From: Alphaproteobacteria bacterium
Lineage (GTDB): Bacteria > Pseudomonadota > Alphaproteobacteria > GCA-2746255
Assembly: GCA_965249135.1 (NCBI GenBank)
Contig: OZ252220.1
Span: 1,120,001-1,184,000, forward strand
Reading direction: 5' to 3'
DNA: 64,000 bases
A model generated the notes under the pieces. That model searched no databases and was not told the DNA's origin. It worked only from the letters and a program-made list of their open reading frames with translations. The translations under genes were made by a program, and so were the position numbers. Below, one piece after another: positions 59,673 to 64,000 of this stretch. The number at the start of each line of letters is the position of its first letter. Within the stretch, counting starts at the first letter, position 1.

Positions 59673-60631
59673 TGACGGCGCGCAAGAAGAACGCCGTAGG
59701 CCTTTGCGACCGTCTGCCTCCGGTCCGCGGCAGCTACACGGAAAACGCCCCGCTTGGCACGCTGGCCTGGTTTCGGGTCGGCGGCAACGCGGAAGTCCTG
59801 TTCGAGCCTCAAGATCGCGAGGATTTGGCCGCCTTCCTCAACGGAAAACCGGCGGACGTGCCGGTCACGCTGCTCGGGCTGGGCTCAAACCTGCTGGTGC
59901 GCGACGGCGGCGTGCCCGGCGTCGTCGTCAAGCTGGGGCGTGCTTTTGCGACGATCGAGGTCTTGGGCACGACCCTTCGCGCCGGTGCCGGCGCGCTGGA
60001 TCGCGCCATCGCCATGGCCAGTCGCGATGCCGCCATCGCCGGGCTCGAATTCCTGAGCGGCGTTCCCGGCACGCTGGGCGGCGCGCTCAGGATGAACGCC
60101 GGCGCCTACGAGCGGGAAATGAAGGACGTCGTGGCGGAAGCAGAAGCGCTGGACGCCGAGGGTGCGCACCACCGGCTTACGGCTTTGGAACTTGGCTTTT
60201 CCTACCGGCATACGGCCGTGCCGGAGGACTGGGTCTTCACGAGCGCCACCCTTATTGGCGAGAAGGGCGACGCAGAAGAGATTGGGCGGCGGATCGCCGA
60301 GATCGCCAGCGCTCGTGAAGAAACCCAGCCCATCCGATCCCGCACCGGCGGCAGCACGTTTACGAACCCGGAAAACGCTGCGGCCTGGGAGCTGATTGAA
60401 CGCGCCGGCTGCAGGGGGCTCACGGTCGGCGGGGCGGCCGTCTCGGAGAAGCACTGCAATTTCCTGATCAACACCGGCAGCGCCACCGCCGCCGACCTCG
60501 AGGCCCTGGGCGAGGAGATTCGCCGCCGTGTGCGCGAGGAAACCGGCGTGCAGTTGGAATGGGAGATCCGCCGCATCGGGCAACCGGCACCCAATTCGCA
60601 GGCCGGGGCAGACCGGGAGGGCGCGGCATGA
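59669..60631 (+). CDS. murB: UDP-N-acetylenolpyruvoylglucosamine reductase
   Basis: GSNLLV, MNAGAY, GSTFTNP, HCNF. Confidence 0.96.
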   Translation: MMTARKKNAVGLCDRLPPVRGSYTENAPLGTLAWFRVGGNAEVLFEPQDREDLAAFLNGKPADVPVTLLGLGSNLLVRDGGVPGVVVKLGRAFATIEVLGTTLRAGAGALDRAIAMASRDAAIAGLEFLSGVPGTLGGALRMNAGAYEREMKDVVAEAEALDAEGAHHRLTALELGFSYRHTAVPEDWVFTSATLIGEKGDAEEIGRRIAEIASAREETQPIRSRTGGSTFTNPENAAAWELIERAGCRGLTVGGAAVSEKHCNFLINTGSATAADLEALGEEIRRRVREETGVQLEWEIRRIGQPAPNSQAGADREGAA

Positions 60632-61545
60632 CGAAACGCATCGCCGTCCTGATGGGAGGCTGGTCCGTCGAGCGGGAGGTCTCGCTGGTCAGCGGCCGCG
60701 CCGTCGCCGACGCGCTCGCAGCATCCGGCCACCGCGTCAGCACCATCGAAGTCACCCGCGACATGCTCGCGCTGCTAAGGGCGCTCGATCCGAAACCGGA
60801 CGTCGTCTTCAACGCGCTGCACGGCCGCTTCGGCGAGGACGGCTGCGTCCAGGGGCTGCTCGAAATGCTCGGCATTCCCTACACGCATTCCGGCGTCTTG
60901 GCCTCGGCGATCGCCATGGACAAGCCGATGACGCGGCGCCTGTTCAATGAGGCCGACATCCCGCACCCGGAAGGCAAGATCGTCGCACGCGAAGCGGTGA
61001 ACACGGCCCATCCGATGAAACCGCCTTACGTGCTGAAGCCGCTCAACGAAGGCTCCAGCGTCGGCGTTCGCCTCGTGCTCGAGAGGGAAAGCCCGCCCGG
61101 TCTGGGTGCGGATTGGTCCTTCGGCGAACAGGTGCTGGTCGAACGCTACATCCCGGGCCGTGAGATCTGCGTCGCCGTCATGGGCGAGACCGCGCTCGGC
61201 GCGATCGAAATCCTCCCCAAGGAAGGCTTCTACGACTACGCGGCGAAATACACGGCGGGCCAAGCCAGCCACCGGATGCCGGCCGCGATCGCGGCGCAAG
61301 CCTACGAAGAGGCGCTCGCGTTGGGGTTGCGCGCCCATCGGGCGCTGGGCTGCCGGGGCGTCTCCAGGGCCGACCTTCGCTACGACGACGGCAATGGTGA
61401 GCCCGGAAAATTCTATGTCCTCGAAGTGAACACCCAGCCCGGGATGACGTCGCTGTCTTTGGTTCCAGAGATCGCCGCCCATGCCGGTCTTTCGTTCACG
61501 GAGCTCGTCACCTGGATGGTGGAGAACGCACGATGCGAAAGTTGA
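60628..61545 (+). CDS. ddl: D-alanine-D-alanine ligase
   Basis: GGWSVEREVSL, LHGRFGEDG, EVNTQPG. Confidence 0.96.
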   Translation: MTKRIAVLMGGWSVEREVSLVSGRAVADALAASGHRVSTIEVTRDMLALLRALDPKPDVVFNALHGRFGEDGCVQGLLEMLGIPYTHSGVLASAIAMDKPMTRRLFNEADIPHPEGKIVAREAVNTAHPMKPPYVLKPLNEGSSVGVRLVLERESPPGLGADWSFGEQVLVERYIPGREICVAVMGETALGAIEILPKEGFYDYAAKYTAGQASHRMPAAIAAQAYEEALALGLRAHRALGCRGVSRADLRYDDGNGEPGKFYVLEVNTQPGMTSLSLVPEIAAHAGLSFTELVTWMVENARCES

Positions 61546-62384
61546 TCCAAAGATTCGTTCCGGGAGGAACGGCGAGGATGACACGCAAACGGAGGCGCGC
61601 GGCGAGTAAGGGACGGCGTCCTCTCGCCGCCAGCGTGCTTGCGATCGTCTGCCTTGTCGGCCTTGCCGGCCTTAGCTTCGCATGGGCATCCGGATGGGCG
61701 AGCGTGAAATACGAAGCCCTTCTCGTTTGGACGATGGAAAGAAGTATCGCGGCCGGCCTCACCGTCCGGGAAATCGAAATCTTAGGGCTTAAGGAGACGT
61801 CCCGGGAAAGTGCGCTTCGTGCCGTTGCCATCCAACCCGGCGCGCCGATCCTTACCTTCGATCCCAGATCAGCGAAGGCGGCGCTGGAAACGCTGCCCTG
61901 GGTGCGAAGGGCCGCCGTCGAGCGGCACCTGCCGGATCGCATCCGTCTTTCTCTGATCGAGCGGCAGCCGCTGGCGCTCTGGCAGCGCGCGGGCAAGCTT
62001 TCGCTGATCGACGAGGAGGGCATCGTCATCCTACGTGAGGGCCTCGCGCGCTTCCGCACGTTTCCCATCGTCATCGGCGAGATGGCGCCGAACAAGGCAA
62101 ATGTGCTGTTCGCCATGCTGCGTAACGAGCCCGCGCTCGCAGCCCAGGTTGCCACCGCCACCCTCATCGGCAAGCGGCGGTGGAACTTACGGCTTCAAAA
62201 CGGCGTCGAGATCTATCTGCCGGAGGACGGCATCGCCACCGCCTGGGCGAGCCTCGCGGAATACGACCGCCTCGAAGGAATCACGAAACGCAAGATCGCG
62301 GCCGTGGATCTTCGCCTCAAGGGACGGCTCGTCGTTCGGCTCATGCCGAAGAAGGCGGGTCACGGAAACGAACGCGAGACATAA
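61533..62384 (+). CDS. ftsQ: Cell division protein FtsQ
   Basis: TM, POTRA (LPWV..A.V.R.LP), RRWNL, DLR; dcw position. Confidence 0.9.
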   Translation: MRKLIQRFVPGGTARMTRKRRRAASKGRRPLAASVLAIVCLVGLAGLSFAWASGWASVKYEALLVWTMERSIAAGLTVREIEILGLKETSRESALRAVAIQPGAPILTFDPRSAKAALETLPWVRRAAVERHLPDRIRLSLIERQPLALWQRAGKLSLIDEEGIVILREGLARFRTFPIVIGEMAPNKANVLFAMLRNEPALAAQVATATLIGKRRWNLRLQNGVEIYLPEDGIATAWASLAEYDRLEGITKRKIAAVDLRLKGRLVVRLMPKKAGHGNERET

Positions 62385-62397
62385 GGGCTTAAACGTA

Positions 62398-63648
62398 ATG
62401 GCACATGCAAAACCGCGGAACGGTCTGATCACGGCGCTCGATATCGGCACGACGAAGATCTGCTGTTTTATCGCAGAGATCCAAGAGGAAACCGGCCTCA
62501 ACATCACCGGCATCGGCCATCAGATCGCACGGGGACTGCGCGCCGGCGCGGTCACCAGCATGGAGGCCGCCGAACAGGCGATCCTGGCCGCCGTCACTTC
62601 GGCCGAAGAAATGACGGGGGCGACCATCCGCGAGGTCATCGTGAACCTTTCCGGCGGTGCGCCAAGCTCGAAGATCTTCGACGTCGAGGTGCCGCTCACC
62701 CGGGACGAGATCCGGGAGGAGGACATCCGCCGGGCGCTTTCGGAAGGGTTCGCCCACGCACTTCCAGACGAACGCGCGCTTATTCACGCGATTCCGATCG
62801 GCTACAGCATCGACGGCAGCAACGGGATCGAAAACCCGCGCGGCATGTTCGGCCATCGCCTGGGCGTAAAGATCAATCGGATCACCGCCCTGGAAAGCGC
62901 GGTGCGCAACCTGTCCGTCTGCGTTGAGCGCTGTCACCTCGATATCCGGACGGTCGTCGAATCGGCTTACGCGTCTGGCCTTGCCTCCCTCGTCGAGGAC
63001 GAAATGAAGCTTGGCTCGACCCTTATCGACATGGGCGGCGGCACGACCTCGATCGCCGTCTTTGCGGAAGGCAACGTTATTTATACGGACAGCGTCCCGC
63101 TCGGCGGCCAGCACGTCACGAACGACATCGCGCGCGGGCTGGCGACGCCGATCGTCCACGCCGAACGGATGAAGACGCTTTATGGCAATGCGCTGCCTTC
63201 GCAAACCGACGACCGCGAACTGATCGACGTGCCGGCCGTCGGCGAGGAGACGCATGTCCAGGCCAACCACGTCCCGCGCTCGATGCTGATCGGAATCATC
63301 AAGCCCAGGGTGGAAGAAACCTTTGAACTCGTTCGCAACCGCCTCGAGGAAAGCGGCTTTGGCCGTTACGCGGGCCGGCGCGTCGTGCTGACCGGCGGCG
63401 CCAGCCAGCTGCAGGGGACGCGCGAGCTTGCCGCTAGCGTGCTCGGCAAGCAGGTGCGTCTGGGCCGGCCGATCCGCATCCGCGGATTGGCGGAAGCGAC
63501 CGGAGGCCCGGCCTTTGCCACCTGTGCCGGGCTCTTAAGTTTCGCCCTTCGCACGCCATCCGAATGGCCCGGAAAACCCAGCGGCGCGGTGACGAGATCC
63601 ACCGGGCGTGCGGGCCGCATCGGACATTGGCTACGCGAGAACTTCTAA
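62398..63648 (+). CDS. ftsA: Cell division protein FtsA
   Basis: [29 protein letters not shown] tail. Confidence 0.96.
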   Translation: MAHAKPRNGLITALDIGTTKICCFIAEIQEETGLNITGIGHQIARGLRAGAVTSMEAAEQAILAAVTSAEEMTGATIREVIVNLSGGAPSSKIFDVEVPLTRDEIREEDIRRALSEGFAHALPDERALIHAIPIGYSIDGSNGIENPRGMFGHRLGVKINRITALESAVRNLSVCVERCHLDIRTVVESAYASGLASLVEDEMKLGSTLIDMGGGTTSIAVFAEGNVIYTDSVPLGGQHVTNDIARGLATPIVHAERMKTLYGNALPSQTDDRELIDVPAVGEETHVQANHVPRSMLIGIIKPRVEETFELVRNRLEESGFGRYAGRRVVLTGGASQLQGTRELAASVLGKQVRLGRPIRIRGLAEATGGPAFATCAGLLSFALRTPSEWPGKPSGAVTRSTGRAGRIGHWLRENF

Positions 63649-63739
63649 TCGGAGGAAAGCGCTTTGCAAACGAACAACCCACAACCACCGCCGGAAATCG
63701 CCGGCAGATGCACGAAAACGAAGGATTATGGAGGGTACG

Positions 63740-64000
63740 ATGACGATTAATTTCACAATGCCGGAAATCTACGAATTGAAACCACGAATCACCGTGATTG
63801 GCGTCGGCGGCGCCGGTGGCAACGCGGTGAACAACATGATCGACTCCAATTTGGAAGGCGTGGAGTTCCTGGTTCTGAATACGGACGCCCAGGCCCTGGC
63901 GAATTCGAAGGCGGGGCGGAAGCTGCAGATGGGGATCGGGATCACCCAGGGCCTGGGCGCTGGCTCACGGCCCGAGATCGGCCGAGCCGCCGCAGAGGAA
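63740..64000 (+). CDS. ftsZ: Cell division protein FtsZ (5' part, runs off window)
   Basis: GGAGG SD; [33 protein letters not shown]. Confidence 0.95.
   Translation, partial: MTINFTMPEIYELKPRITVIGVGGAGGNAVNNMIDSNLEGVEFLVLNTDAQALANSKAGRKLQMGIGITQGLGAGSRPEIGRAAAEE

Noticed and set aside
47135-64000. dcw cluster as a novelty
   Set aside because: Canonical order and intact genes; nothing unusual seen

Overview
GC-rich alphaproteobacterial chromosome segment; gene content suggests a Rhodospirillales-like host, but that is inference. Positions 1-22430 are the right part of a lambdoid-regulated, podovirus-like prophage. On the - strand it carries head and packaging genes (adaptor, GT2-like enzyme, DUF5309-type capsid, scaffold, portal, Mor-like activator, mini kinase, TerL/TerS), replication genes and cII/cro. 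On the + strand it carries cI, an early operon, xis and a tyrosine integrase. It ends in a duplicated 3' half of tRNA-Pro(CGG), the attachment core. The most unusual element is a 757-bp-period tandem array of three pentapeptide-repeat genes in the early operon. Their 15-bp repeat modules are shuffled while the flanks stay nearly identical, and the copies are joined by translationally coupled 33-aa linker ORFs. Host DNA follows: TPR-methyltransferase, a DUF2336 gene with an in-frame TGA, a tungsten aldehyde oxidoreductase cluster with moaA and tupABC, fetAB-like ABC genes, aldA, tRNA-Gly, a two-component system, a candidate sRNA, M50 protease, oxoprolinase, djlA, amidase, rnpB, and the dcw cluster from mraZ to a partial ftsZ. 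All family calls come from motif recognition by eye; no database searches were run.
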